From Candidatus Latescibacterota bacterium (GTDB taxonomy: Bacteria > Latescibacterota > UBA2968 > GCA-2709665), in the NCBI GenBank assembly GCA_012270675.1, contig JAAXHW010000060.1, forward strand, positions 19,973 through 83,972: a stretch of DNA of 64,000 nucleotides, read 5' to 3'. Shown in pieces: positions 17,940-29,189 of this stretch. The notes beneath the pieces were generated by a model. That model saw nothing but the letters and a program-made list of their open reading frames with translations, had not been told where the DNA came from and searched no databases. Numbering within the stretch: position 1 is the first letter of the stretch; every line of letters begins with the position of its first letter. Made by a program: the position numbers and the translations under genes.

Positions 17940-18444
17940 TGCCCTGTTCCTCTGCTTGCTCCTTCACCTGACGCGTAAGCTTTTCTGCCGTTTCAATCCG
18001 CCTGCGGGTCAAAACGAACCGATCTTCCTGTTTCCGGTAATATCCCGAAACAAACGCACGCTCTGTAAACCCCCAGCCTTCATAAAGCCGGATGGCGCTT
18101 TCGTTCGTCGGATCAACCGTTAAGAAACAGTCCACACCCAGCGCGTCCACCTCGACAAACAGCGCCTCCATCAGCCGGGTGCCGACCCCTTTCCCCCGCT
18201 GCGCCTCGTCCACAAACACCTTGTGCAAACAATAAGATCCGGATACCGTCGGAAACACAACCAGCGCCCCCAGAACCTCCCCGTTTTCCTTCGCGCAGAA
18301 AACCAGCGCGTGCTCAACCCAGATCCGCCACACGTGCTCCCCGTCCGGAATATACTCAGAGTGCCGGGCCTTTGTCCAGGCCATTCGATCCAACCGGGCA
18401 ATCTCAAGAAAATCCTGCGTCTTTGCACGTTCGATGCGAACCAT
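17932..18444 (-). CDS. GNAT family N-acetyltransferase
   Basis: The QRGKGVGTRLME acetyl-CoA-binding motif. ATG 18444 is preceded by GAGGAGG. The 3' end overlaps the mutS start by 8 nt. Confidence 0.8.
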   Translation of the reverse strand: MVRIERAKTQDFLEIARLDRMAWTKARHSEYIPDGEHVWRIWVEHALVFCAKENGEVLGALVVFPTVSGSYCLHKVFVDEAQRGKGVGTRLMEALFVEVDALGVDCFLTVDPTNESAIRLYEGWGFTERAFVSGYYRKQEDRFVLTRRRIETAEKLTRQVKEQAEEQGNG

Positions 18445-18457
18445 TGCGCAACCCTCC

Positions 18458-19798
18458 TCATCCACCTTCGGGGCCGGCCCATCCAGGGTCAGACTCTGAA
18501 ATCTCGCCCACTACACGGTCGCCTTCAATCCGCCTCAGACACACGCGCCGGACCTGGTTCATCGCAGCATCCGGTCCGGGCGAAAATACCCGGATATAGT
18601 TGTCCGACACCCCCTGCAGGTACCCCATCCCGGACGTCCGACGGTTTTCAAACAGCACCTCAAGGGACCTGCCCAGAAACCGCCGGTAAAAGGCCTCGGC
18701 CTTCTGCCTGCCCAAAGCGCGCAGGTCGGCCCCCCGTCGCTTCTTGACCGCCGCATCCACCTGTCCCCCCATCCGGGCGGCCGGCGTCCTTTTTCGGGGA
18801 GAGTAAGGGAAGACGTGGAGATAGGCCATGGGGCTTTGCTCGATCAAATCGGTGGTATTCCGGAAAGCCGCCTCGGTCTCGCCCGGAAAACCGACCATCA
18901 CATCGCTTCCGATGCCGATGCCCGGAATCCGGTCCGCCAGCTTGTCGACCAGCGCCCGATACTGCGACCGCGTATAGGGGCGGCGCATCGCCTTCAAAAT
19001 ACCGTCGTCCCCGCTTTGAAGGGGAATGTGAAGGTGGCGGCAGAACTTTTTCGAAGCCGCAAAGAAGTCGATCATAGCATCGGTAATATACGTCGCTTCA
19101 ATCGAACTGAGCCGGAAGCGCCGGAGGCCCTCGATCCCGTCTACTGCCTCTAACACGTCGATCAGGTGCAGGCCCTCCAGACCGGCCCCGTAGTCCCCGA
19201 TGTGCACCCCGGTCAGCACCACCTCCTGGTAACCCGCGTCGACCAGCCGCCTCACCTGGGTTGCCGTACTCTCCAGCGTGCGACTGCGGCTCCGTCCCCG
19301 GGCAAACGGAATAATGCAGAAAGAACAGAATGCGTTGCACCCTTCCTGGATCTTCACAAAGGCCCGGGACCGGCCGCCGAAATTGAAAATATCCATATCC
19401 TGGAAATCGGCCGTGCGGCTTGAGGTCACAAAACTCCGCCCCAGAGAGCAGGTATCGTTCACCAGATCCAGCAGCCGGGTCTTCTCCGCCGTGCCCACCA
19501 CCAGGTCCACCTCGGGCATCTCGACCAGGGTATCCGGATCGGTCTGCGCGTAACAGCCAACGGCCACAACCGTCCCCCCCGGCGAGATGCGGTGCGCCCG
19601 GCGCAGCATCTGCCGCGACTGCGCGTCCCCCTGACCGGTGACCGTGCAGGTATTCACCACCGTTACGTCCGCCGGCTCACCAAAGGCAACCACGCGGTAT
19701 CCCTGTCCCTCGAACTGCTCGCGGCACCATTCCGTATCGTACGCGTTCAATTTGCAGCCGAGCGTGTAGAATGCAACGGTTTTTCCGGTTGTCTTCAT
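18458..19798 (-). CDS. mtaB: tRNA (N6-threonylcarbamoyladenosine) methylthiotransferase MtaB (radical SAM)
   Basis: MKTTGKTVAFYTLGCKLNAYD...VNTCTVT, a radical-SAM CNAFCSFC motif and a C-terminal TRAM-like region. The longer ORF that extends to 20161 overlaps rpsA and was rejected. Confidence 0.9.
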   Translation of the reverse strand: MKTTGKTVAFYTLGCKLNAYDTEWCREQFEGQGYRVVAFGEPADVTVVNTCTVTGQGDAQSRQMLRRAHRISPGGTVVAVGCYAQTDPDTLVEMPEVDLVVGTAEKTRLLDLVNDTCSLGRSFVTSSRTADFQDMDIFNFGGRSRAFVKIQEGCNAFCSFCIIPFARGRSRSRTLESTATQVRRLVDAGYQEVVLTGVHIGDYGAGLEGLHLIDVLEAVDGIEGLRRFRLSSIEATYITDAMIDFFAASKKFCRHLHIPLQSGDDGILKAMRRPYTRSQYRALVDKLADRIPGIGIGSDVMVGFPGETEAAFRNTTDLIEQSPMAYLHVFPYSPRKRTPAARMGGQVDAAVKKRRGADLRALGRQKAEAFYRRFLGRSLEVLFENRRTSGMGYLQGVSDNYIRVFSPGPDAAMNQVRRVCLRRIEGDRVVGEISESDPGWAGPEGG

Positions 19799-19830
19799 AA
19801 ACCCCTTTCCAGGGCCATACAACACATACA

Positions 19831-19864
19831 GCAAAGAGTTGAGGAACATTCCCCAACTCTTTGC
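19831..19864 (-). terminator. hairpin downstream of rpsA (possible terminator or attenuator)
   Basis: 11-bp arms GCAAAGAGTTG / CAACTCTTTGC. Only an imperfect U-rich tail (TGTATGTGTTGT) follows on the minus strand. Confidence 0.35.
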
Positions 19865-19892
19865 CTTATGGTTCGATATCGTCAAAAAAACA

Positions 19893-21866
<1,974 letters not shown>

Positions 21867-21993
21867 TCGACAACAACCTCCTTGTCCATACCTCAAAACC
21901 TGGACAGATCCCCATCCAGGAGGCACAGAACAGGTCCGGGAACAAATAAAAGGTAAAACAGGGACCGAATCCCCGTCGAAAACAGGCCGGCAT

Positions 21994-22641
21994 CTATGAG
22001 AGAACACACGGTGCAGGAGCGGCCGTGCCGGCGTTCCGTCCCCCCCGCTTCAACTCACTGATCTTGCGCATCACCTCGCTGCTGATGGATTGATAAGCCT
22101 CTTTTCGCCTTGCGGACAACCCGTCTGAGTGAAACAGAACCGGCTCGCCGAACTTCACAACCACACGGCTCAACCCGACCAGACTCTTCCAGACATTGAC
22201 CGTGCCCGAAATATACACCGGTACCACCGGAACCCGGGTGCGATAGACCATCATGCCAATGCCCGCCTTGGGTTTGAGAAACCGGCCCGTTTTGTTCCGG
22301 GTGCCCTCTGGAGACAGGAAGATGGCACTGCCGGCCTTCAGCTGCTTTTCAATGGTCCTCAAGGCGCTCCGGTCGCCCCGGGATCGGTCGATTGGCATGG
22401 CGTTCAATTTTTCGACCAATCGTCCCAAAAGCGGTACGGAAAAAAACTCCTGCTTAGTAACATACAAAAGTTCCCGGCCGGCCGCAACCCCGATCAGAAC
22501 GGGATCGACAAAGGAGCAGTGATTGCTGGCCAGGATCAGCCCGCCGTTTGCCGGAATACGCGCATTCCCCTCCACCCCAAGCCGAAAGAAGAGCCTGCAC
22601 AGGCCATACGCAATCCACCAGCAGGCCTGATAAAGACGCAT
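21994..22641 (-). CDS. plsC: 1-acyl-sn-glycerol-3-phosphate acyltransferase
   Basis: NHCSFVDP (HX4D) and PEGTR motifs. ATG 22641 is preceded by GGGGAGG. Confidence 0.85.
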   Translation of the reverse strand: MRLYQACWWIAYGLCRLFFRLGVEGNARIPANGGLILASNHCSFVDPVLIGVAAGRELLYVTKQEFFSVPLLGRLVEKLNAMPIDRSRGDRSALRTIEKQLKAGSAIFLSPEGTRNKTGRFLKPKAGIGMMVYRTRVPVVPVYISGTVNVWKSLVGLSRVVVKFGEPVLFHSDGLSARRKEAYQSISSEVMRKISELKRGGRNAGTAAPAPCVLS

Positions 22642-22662
22642 ATACGACCTCCCCAACAGGGA

Positions 22663-23376
22663 TCAGACCGGGCCCTCCCCCCGGCCCCCCTCCGGGACAG
22701 AGCCTCCTCCCCGCTCCAGCGCCAGGCGGACCACACGGTCCACCTGTTCCTCAAGCGAAAGGCCTGTCGTATCCAGACGCACGGCGTCGGCAGTCGGCCA
22801 TTCCCCCATCTTCAGCTGTGTGGCTTCGTCCCGGGCATCCCGGGCGCGAATCTGTTCGATCAGCGTGGAGAAATCCCCCGCCTCCCCCGCCATCTCCAAA
22901 AAGCGCCGCCGGGCCCGCTCGGCAACGTCGGCAACCAGGAAGATCTTAAGTTCGGCGTCGGGAAATACCACCGTACCGGTATCCCGGCCCTCCAGCACAA
23001 TCCCGCCGTCCCGCCCGATCTCCTGCTGCAGCCCCACCAGCACCTCCCGAACCTCCGGATGGGCCGCGACCCGGGACGCCGCATCCGAGGCCTCCGCCGT
23101 CCGGATGGCTCCGGAGACATCCTCACCGTCCAGGAGCGTCTGCTGTCCCCTGGGGTGCAACCGCAGATCGATGCGCGCCTCCCGGGCCATCCGGACGGCG
23201 GTCTCCCCCTCGTCCGGACTGATACCGGCCCGGAGCAGCCCCAGACCCAGCGCCCGGTACATCGCCCCGGTATCCAGATAAAGATACCCCAGACGGCGGG
23301 CAACCTCCCGCGCCGTGGTGCTCTTGCCCGATCCGACCGGACCGTCAATCGCAATGACGATGCCCTTCTTCCGCAT
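22663..23376 (-). CDS. cmk: cytidylate kinase
   Basis: IAIDGPVGSGKSTTAREVARRLGYLYLDTGAMYR. Classic cmk-plsC-rpsA neighbourhood. Confidence 0.93.
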   Translation of the reverse strand: MRKKGIVIAIDGPVGSGKSTTAREVARRLGYLYLDTGAMYRALGLGLLRAGISPDEGETAVRMAREARIDLRLHPRGQQTLLDGEDVSGAIRTAEASDAASRVAAHPEVREVLVGLQQEIGRDGGIVLEGRDTGTVVFPDAELKIFLVADVAERARRRFLEMAGEAGDFSTLIEQIRARDARDEATQLKMGEWPTADAVRLDTTGLSLEEQVDRVVRLALERGGGSVPEGGRGEGPV

Positions 23377-24119
23377 CGATTGTCCCCACACAGGCCGCCG
23401 CCAGCCCAACCAGCTGCTTCAAACGCGCGACCTCCCCCCGGCTCAGGTGCCGCCAGCGACCCGGTTCGAGCCCCCCGGTCGTAATCCCGGCAAAGACGGT
23501 CCGCTCCAGCTCACGCACCGGGTGCCCCACTTCCCCACACATCCGTTTGACCTGCCGTTTCCGCCCCTCACGCAGCGTCAACTCAAGCACGCCGTTGCCT
23601 TCCACCAGCCGGACCTCTGCCGGGGCCGTAAGCCCTCCTTCCAGCAGGACGCCTTCGCAAAGCCTTCGCAGGGTACCTGGAGAGACAACCCCTTCAACGT
23701 GCGCCCGATAGGTCTTCTTCACGCCGTACCTGGGGTGCGTCAACCGGTAGCTCAGCGCGCCATCGTCGGTCAGCAGCAGAACGCCTCGCGTATCCAGGTC
23801 GAGCCGTCCCACGGGAAAGACCCGCGCTTTGATCCCCTCCAGGAGGTCGTATACCGTGCGGCGGTGGTGCGGGTCGCCCGAAGAGACGAGGTAGCCGGGC
23901 GGCTTGTTCAACACCAGATTAGGTACACACCGCAGGCAGCCGAATCCACCGTCCGTTGTAGACCACCCGGTCGGCCTCAGGATCGATCAGAATGCCGGGA
24001 TGGTCCACCCGCAGCCCGTTAACCCGGACCTGTCCCGCCTGAATCAGCCGGTCACTCGCCCTCCGGGAGGCGACACCCGCCCGGGCCAGAAACCGATTCA
24101 GACGCTCCCTCCGACCCAT
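23345..24119 (-). pseudogene. rluB: RluB/RsuA-type pseudouridine synthase interrupted by a 1-nt frameshift
   Basis: The S4 domain ORF (RLNRFLARAGVASRR; ends in TAA at 23919-23921) and the catalytic ORF (LNKPPGY...GRLDLDTRGVLLLTDDG) are in different frames. They meet at a GTGTGT tract at 23925-23930. Confidence 0.75.
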
Positions 24120-24141
24120 CGCCACCCTCCGATTCCCTTAT

Positions 24142-24816
24142 CTAAGCGCCATCTGCGTCGCCTGCCCCCCTGCCCGGCGTCTCACCGTCCTGCCCGGCCG
24201 CTTTGAAAAGATCCCCCAGGGTGCCTCCTTCGGAAGCGCGCGCTTCCCCCTCCTGAAGCAGCTCCTCCATTTCCCTCAGCTTCGGCAGGTCCGATAGGGT
24301 CTTCAACCCAAAATGCTTCAGAAAATCGCGTGTTGTCCCATAAAGCAAAGGGCGCCCCGGCCCGTCGGCACGCCCGGCAATCCGGATCAGCCCCTTCTCC
24401 AGCAGGTGCCGGAGAACACCGTCTACCGTCACCCCCCGGATGTGTTCCACTTCGGCCTTGGCCAGAGGCTGCCTGAAAGCAACAATAGCCAGGGTCTCCA
24501 GGGCCGCCTGGGAAAGCCGGGCAGGCGCCTTCTCCCGCAACAGCCGCCTCGCCCAGGGGGCGTATTCGGCGTGGACCATCAGCTGAAAGCCCCCTGCCAC
24601 CTCCGTAATTTTAAAGCTGCGGCCGGTGCTGAGGTACTCGTTGTTCAGGTCATCCACATAGGTGCGGACCTGCCGCGCCTCAACACCGGAAAGCACCGAG
24701 GCAATCTTCCCAACGCCAATCGGCACATCCGAGGCAACCAGCAGGGCCTCAATAATGCTGCGGTTGCGGGCATGTGCATCGGGCGCCAGGTCTTCTGAAT
24801 GCGCGTTATCAGACAT
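24142..24816 (-). CDS. scpB: segregation and condensation protein B
   Basis: IEALLVASDVPI...SQAALETLAIVAFRQPLAKAEVEHIRGV. It follows scpA with an 8-nt overlap. Confidence 0.9.
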   Translation of the reverse strand: MSDNAHSEDLAPDAHARNRSIIEALLVASDVPIGVGKIASVLSGVEARQVRTYVDDLNNEYLSTGRSFKITEVAGGFQLMVHAEYAPWARRLLREKAPARLSQAALETLAIVAFRQPLAKAEVEHIRGVTVDGVLRHLLEKGLIRIAGRADGPGRPLLYGTTRDFLKHFGLKTLSDLPKLREMEELLQEGEARASEGGTLGDLFKAAGQDGETPGRGAGDADGA

Positions 24817-25603
24817 CCCGTTGTGTGTTTGCCTCCTGCGCCTCTGTTTCGGCTTCCTGTTTATAGATCCAGATATCGCTGTTCAAATCGGCCTGTCGGG
24901 CCACCACCTGCCCTGTCCGGATCAGTTCAAGGAGGGCGATAAAGGTCACAATCAACACAATACGCGGCAGCCCCGAAACCAGCGCAACAAAGGAGGCACG
25001 CTCCTGCCGTGCAAGCACATCCAGGATAACCTCAGCGCATGCCTCTGTATTCACCTCCACCTGCTCAATCTCGTGGAAGTCAACCTGGGGAGCAGCGGCC
25101 AGGGCCTGTTTAAAAGCCGCCAAAAGGTCGAAGAGACCCACCGACCGGCAGGCTTCTGACGCATCCTCCTCAATCCCCACCATATCCAATGCGGCCCCCC
25201 GATAAAAATGATCGCGACAGGCCGCCTGCTGGTCCTCCATCCAGGAAGCCACCTCCTTGAACTGCTGGTATTCCAGCAGGCGTCGGACCAGGTCTTCCCT
25301 CGGGTCTCCGGCCTCCTCCTCGTCCTCCGGACCGGACGGCAGGAGCATCCGGGATTTGATCTTCATCAGGGTGGCCGCCATCAACACAAAGTCCCCGGCC
25401 TGTTCCAGGTTGAGGCTTTGAATGACTTCCACGTATTCCAGGAACTGCCGGGTGATCTCCGCAATCGGGATATCGTAAATATCGATCTCGTTCTTCCGGA
25501 TCAGGAAGAGGAGCAGGTCCAGAGGCCCCTCAAAGACATCAATCTTAATCCCGTAGGGCCCAAAACCGGCATCGGCCTGAAAAGCCAGGGAATTTGCGAC
25601 CAT
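24809..25603 (-). CDS. scpA: segregation and condensation protein A
   Basis: FEGPLDLLLFLIRKNEIDIYDIPIAEITRQFLEY. Start taken at MVANSLAF (ATG 25603). Confidence 0.9.
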   Translation of the reverse strand: MVANSLAFQADAGFGPYGIKIDVFEGPLDLLLFLIRKNEIDIYDIPIAEITRQFLEYVEVIQSLNLEQAGDFVLMAATLMKIKSRMLLPSGPEDEEEAGDPREDLVRRLLEYQQFKEVASWMEDQQAACRDHFYRGAALDMVGIEEDASEACRSVGLFDLLAAFKQALAAAPQVDFHEIEQVEVNTEACAEVILDVLARQERASFVALVSGLPRIVLIVTFIALLELIRTGQVVARQADLNSDIWIYKQEAETEAQEANTQRDV

Positions 25604-25634
25604 TCGGAAACCCCTTGTGTACTGAAGACAGGCT

Positions 25635-26162
25635 TCAATCCATAAACAGATAGGGGCGCCAGCGCCAGTCTGGCACCCCGATGAAGTGGCTGATAAAGGT
25701 GACGTTGTTGGGCTGACGCGGCTTGCGCAGGAGGGCAAGACCGGCCTGATCGGGCGACCGATTCCCCTTCCGGTTGTTGCAGCGCAAGCAGGCGCAAACC
25801 AGATTGTGCCAGGACTCCCTCCCCCCCTGTGTTCTGGGGGTCACGTGGTCCACCGTCATCGGCCCCCGCCTGGTGCCGCAGTACTGGCACTGGTGCCCAT
25901 CCCGCTTCAGAATATTCCGTTTGGACAGGGCGAGTTGCTTGGGAGAGATCCGTACATAGATGGCCAGGCGCACCACGCTTGGGACGGGAAATTGCTGTGA
26001 AACCGACCGGATACAGGTATCGAGCGACTCGATCACTTCCGCCCGCCCCCGAAAGACCAGCACAATCGCCCGCCGGACGCTGCACACGTGGATCGGTTCG
26101 TAGCTCTGGTTGAGTACCAGAACAGATCGATTGAGCAGTGGCACGCCTGCGGTTTTGATCAT
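25635..26162 (-). CDS. HNH endonuclease family protein
   Basis: CQYCG...DHVTPRTQGG...WHNLVCACLRCNNRKG (HNH/zinc motif). It is the first gene after an AT-rich intergenic region. Confidence 0.85.
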   Translation of the reverse strand: MIKTAGVPLLNRSVLVLNQSYEPIHVCSVRRAIVLVFRGRAEVIESLDTCIRSVSQQFPVPSVVRLAIYVRISPKQLALSKRNILKRDGHQCQYCGTRRGPMTVDHVTPRTQGGRESWHNLVCACLRCNNRKGNRSPDQAGLALLRKPRQPNNVTFISHFIGVPDWRWRPYLFMD

Positions 26163-26298
26163 GGCGAAACCGTTCTTCAGGTACAGGTATTCAAATTGCT
26201 CAGGATCTTTATAAGTCTTTATAGGGTAAAGCCTTTATCCTGCAAAGTCAAGTCTTTTTAATCATGATTTATAGAAACCGGACGATAAAAAACAACCC

Positions 26299-26688
26299 TT
26301 ATTCCTCCTCAATCAGCTTCGCATACGCCTCCGCGCTCAACAGCGCCTCCAGCTCGGTGGCATCCTGAATCCGCAGCTTGATCATCCAGCCTTCACCGTA
26401 GGGGTCTTCGTTAATCTGCACAGCGTCCTCGGTAAGGGCGGTATTGACGTCCACGACCTCCCCCGACACGGGCGCATAGAGGTCCTCCACCGTCTTTACG
26501 GCCTCCACCGTTCCAAAGGCCTTTCCATGTTCCACCCTGTCTCCCACATCGGGGAGTTCCACAAACACAATATCGCCCAGCTCTCCCTGTGCGTAGTCGG
26601 TAATCCCGACCACGCCCTGATCGCCTTCCAGGCGCAACCACTCGTGTTCCGGGGTATACAAAAGATCTTCCGGAATTTCTGATGACAT
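26299..26688 (-). CDS. gcvH: glycine cleavage system H protein / lipoyl carrier
   Basis: EHEWLRLEGD..VGITDYAQGELGDIVFVELP...VEAVKTVEDLYAPVSGEV. Confidence 0.9.
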   Translation of the reverse strand: MSSEIPEDLLYTPEHEWLRLEGDQGVVGITDYAQGELGDIVFVELPDVGDRVEHGKAFGTVEAVKTVEDLYAPVSGEVVDVNTALTEDAVQINEDPYGEGWMIKLRIQDATELEALLSAEAYAKLIEEE

Positions 26689-26727
26689 GTGGAAAACTCC
26701 TTCAAAAGTATTGCGGAATGCCGTTTC

Positions 26728-28086
26728 TTACCTCTCGGAGTCGAGGTTCTGGACAAAATCCGTCGCGGTCCGTCCGCTCTGAAAATCGGGATGGCGCAGG
26801 ACCTTGAGGTGGAAGGGAATGGTGGTTGGCACCCCTTCGATCACAAACTCCTGAAGGGCCCGAACCATCCGTCCAGTCGCTTCCTCCCGGTTCTCCCCAT
26901 AGGCGATCAACTTGGCCAGAAGCGAGTCGTACTGCGCTGGAATCCGATAGCCCGAATAGGCATGTGAATCGATCCGGATACCGGGCCCTCCCGGCATGTG
27001 AAAGCCGGTAACCGTGCCCGGAGAAGGCCGAAAGTTGTGATCGGGGTCTTCGGCGTTGATCCTGCACTCGATCGCATGCCCGGCAGGGATAACCGCCTCC
27101 TGATCAAATCCCAGAGGTGCTCCCGCTGCAATGCGAATCTGGGCCTTCACCAGGTCGATACCGGTCACCATTTCGGTCACCGGATGCTCTACCTGAATCC
27201 GGGTATTCATTTCCAGAAAATAGAAATCCCCCGACGCATCCAGGAGGAATTCCACAGTACCGGCGCTGAAATACCCCACGGCCCGCGCCCCGGCAATGGC
27301 GGCCTCCCCCATCCGGCGGCGCAAATCGGCATCCACAGCCAGCGAAGGAGACTCTTCCACCAGCTTCTGGTGCCGCCGCTGGATGGAGCATTCCCGCTCC
27401 CCCAGGTGCACAAGGGTGCCCGATTGATCCCCCAGGACCTGAATTTCCACGTGCCGGGGGCCTTCAACCTCCTTCTCCAGGTACAGCGCACCCGAGGTAA
27501 AGGCAGCCTCGGCTTCGGCATGCGCCATCTGCCAGGCCCGCTCCAGTTCCTCCCCGGAATAAACGGTGCGCATGCCCCGACCGCCTCCCCCCACAACCGC
27601 CTTGAGCCGAACCGGATACCCGATGCGTGAAACAGCCTCACGCGCTTCTTCCAGGTCCTGCAGCACACCCGTCCCGGGTGAGACGGGCACGCCTGCCTCC
27701 ACCATGATCTGGCGTGCCACCGCCTTATCGCCCATCTTCCGGATGGATTCGGACGAAGGGCCGATAAAGGTGACCCCACAGGACGTACAGATCTCAGCAA
27801 ATTCGGCGTATTCCGCCAGCGGCCCATACCCGGGGTGGATCGCATCGGCGTCGGTCACCTCAGCAGCACTTAAGATACGCGGGATGTTCCGATAGCTCTG
27901 ATCTCCGGGAGGAGGTCCTATGCACACATCCTCATCCGCGAATCCGATGTGCAAAGAGTTGGCGTCGGCCTCGGAGTGGACGGCAACGGTCTGGATGCCG
28001 AGTTCCTTACAGGCCCGGATAACCCTCAGGGCGATCTCACCTCGATCGGCCACAAGGATCTTTCTGAACAAATGCGTTCGAGACAC
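26728..28086 (-). CDS. accC: acetyl-CoA carboxylase biotin carboxylase subunit
   Basis: ILVADRGEIALRVIRACKELGI, an ATP-grasp region and EMNTRIQVEHPVTE. The start could instead be the TTG 15 nt downstream (MFRKILVA). Confidence 0.95.
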   Translation of the reverse strand: MSRTHLFRKILVADRGEIALRVIRACKELGIQTVAVHSEADANSLHIGFADEDVCIGPPPGDQSYRNIPRILSAAEVTDADAIHPGYGPLAEYAEFAEICTSCGVTFIGPSSESIRKMGDKAVARQIMVEAGVPVSPGTGVLQDLEEAREAVSRIGYPVRLKAVVGGGGRGMRTVYSGEELERAWQMAHAEAEAAFTSGALYLEKEVEGPRHVEIQVLGDQSGTLVHLGERECSIQRRHQKLVEESPSLAVDADLRRRMGEAAIAGARAVGYFSAGTVEFLLDASGDFYFLEMNTRIQVEHPVTEMVTGIDLVKAQIRIAAGAPLGFDQEAVIPAGHAIECRINAEDPDHNFRPSPGTVTGFHMPGGPGIRIDSHAYSGYRIPAQYDSLLAKLIAYGENREEATGRMVRALQEFVIEGVPTTIPFHLKVLRHPDFQSGRTATDFVQNLDSER

Positions 28087-28125
28087 GGGAATAATTGGGG
28101 GCAGGACGTTGTAATGGTGTGGGAT

Positions 28126-28599
28126 CTAAAGCGGCTCTAAGAGGAAAAGAGGCGTGTTATACTCAACAGGGTTGCCGTTTTCAACCAGGATACGGGCCAC
28201 CCGGCCTTTGATATCCGAGTCGATTTCATTCATGATTTTCATCGCCTCAATAATACAAAGCGTCTGGCCGGAAGAGACAATATCGCCCTCTTCAACATAG
28301 GGAGACGCATCGGGACCGGGGGCGCTGTAAAACATTCCGACCATCGGAGACAGGATCGGATGCAACCCATCGGTCTCATCCGGCTGTACCGGCTCTGCGT
28401 CAGCAGCCGTCTGCGTCTCGGACTGAGGCGCAGACGCAGCCTGTACAGGCGCAAAGACCTGGGCGTCTCCGCCTGTTTTCACAATCCGGATTCTCCCCCC
28501 CAGGAACTTGCGTTCAACCTCAATCTCCCTGATGCGGTCTTCCCCAACCAGGTCGATCAATTCCTGGAGGACCTCCCGAAAACGTCTGGAAAGTCTCAC
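28126..28599 (-). CDS. accB: acetyl-CoA carboxylase biotin carboxyl carrier protein
   Basis: C-terminal biotinyl domain with the CIIEAMKIMNEI motif. GTG start. Confidence 0.9.
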   Translation of the reverse strand: MRLSRRFREVLQELIDLVGEDRIREIEVERKFLGGRIRIVKTGGDAQVFAPVQAASAPQSETQTAADAEPVQPDETDGLHPILSPMVGMFYSAPGPDASPYVEEGDIVSSGQTLCIIEAMKIMNEIDSDIKGRVARILVENGNPVEYNTPLFLLEPL

Positions 28600-28608
28600 C
28601 TGTGCTCC

Positions 28609-29169
28609 CTATGAAACACGCTCAACATACGCATCGGTGCGCGTGTCAACCTTCAGCACATCGCCGGGCTCCACAAACAGAGGCACCTGAATCGAAGCGC
28701 CGGTCTCTAAAACGGCCGGCTTGGTTGCCCCGCTGACCGTATCTCCCCGGACGCCCGGGTCGGCCTTCGTAACGGTCAGTTCAACAAAAATCGGGAGCTC
28801 AACGCCAATCGCGCTATGTTCGGCCACCAGTACGTCGACAACCTCGTTTTCCTTGAGATACTTCAGCGCGTTGCCAACGGTCTCGGCCATCAATTCAAAC
28901 TGGTCGTAGGTCTCACGATCCATAAAAAAGTAGATGTCATCCGATTTGTAGAGATATTGCATTTCTCGCCGTTCAAGGCGTACATCATCAACCTTATCGC
29001 CAGACCGGAAGGTCCGATCGATAACGGCGCCCGTCTTGACATTCTTCAGGCGGGTACGAACCACCGCAGCGCCCTTACCCGGCTTAAAAGGCTCAAATTC
29101 CACCATAGCGAAAAGGGCGCCGTCCAGGCGCAAAACCATACCGTTCCGAAATTCAGACGTCGAGACCAT
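28609..29169 (-). CDS. efp: elongation factor P
   Basis: MVSTSEFRNGMVLRLDGALF...KPGKGAAVVRTRLKN. Confidence 0.95.
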   Translation of the reverse strand: MVSTSEFRNGMVLRLDGALFAMVEFEPFKPGKGAAVVRTRLKNVKTGAVIDRTFRSGDKVDDVRLERREMQYLYKSDDIYFFMDRETYDQFELMAETVGNALKYLKENEVVDVLVAEHSAIGVELPIFVELTVTKADPGVRGDTVSGATKPAVLETGASIQVPLFVEPGDVLKVDTRTDAYVERVS

Positions 29170-29189
29170 ACTCGGAATATCCTCCAGCC

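Noticed and set aside
25105-25125. A partial resemblance (GCCTGTTTAAAAGCCGCC) to the 30-nt element inside scpA
   Set aside because: Only about 12 scattered matches. It lies in a conserved coding frame and is most likely chance.
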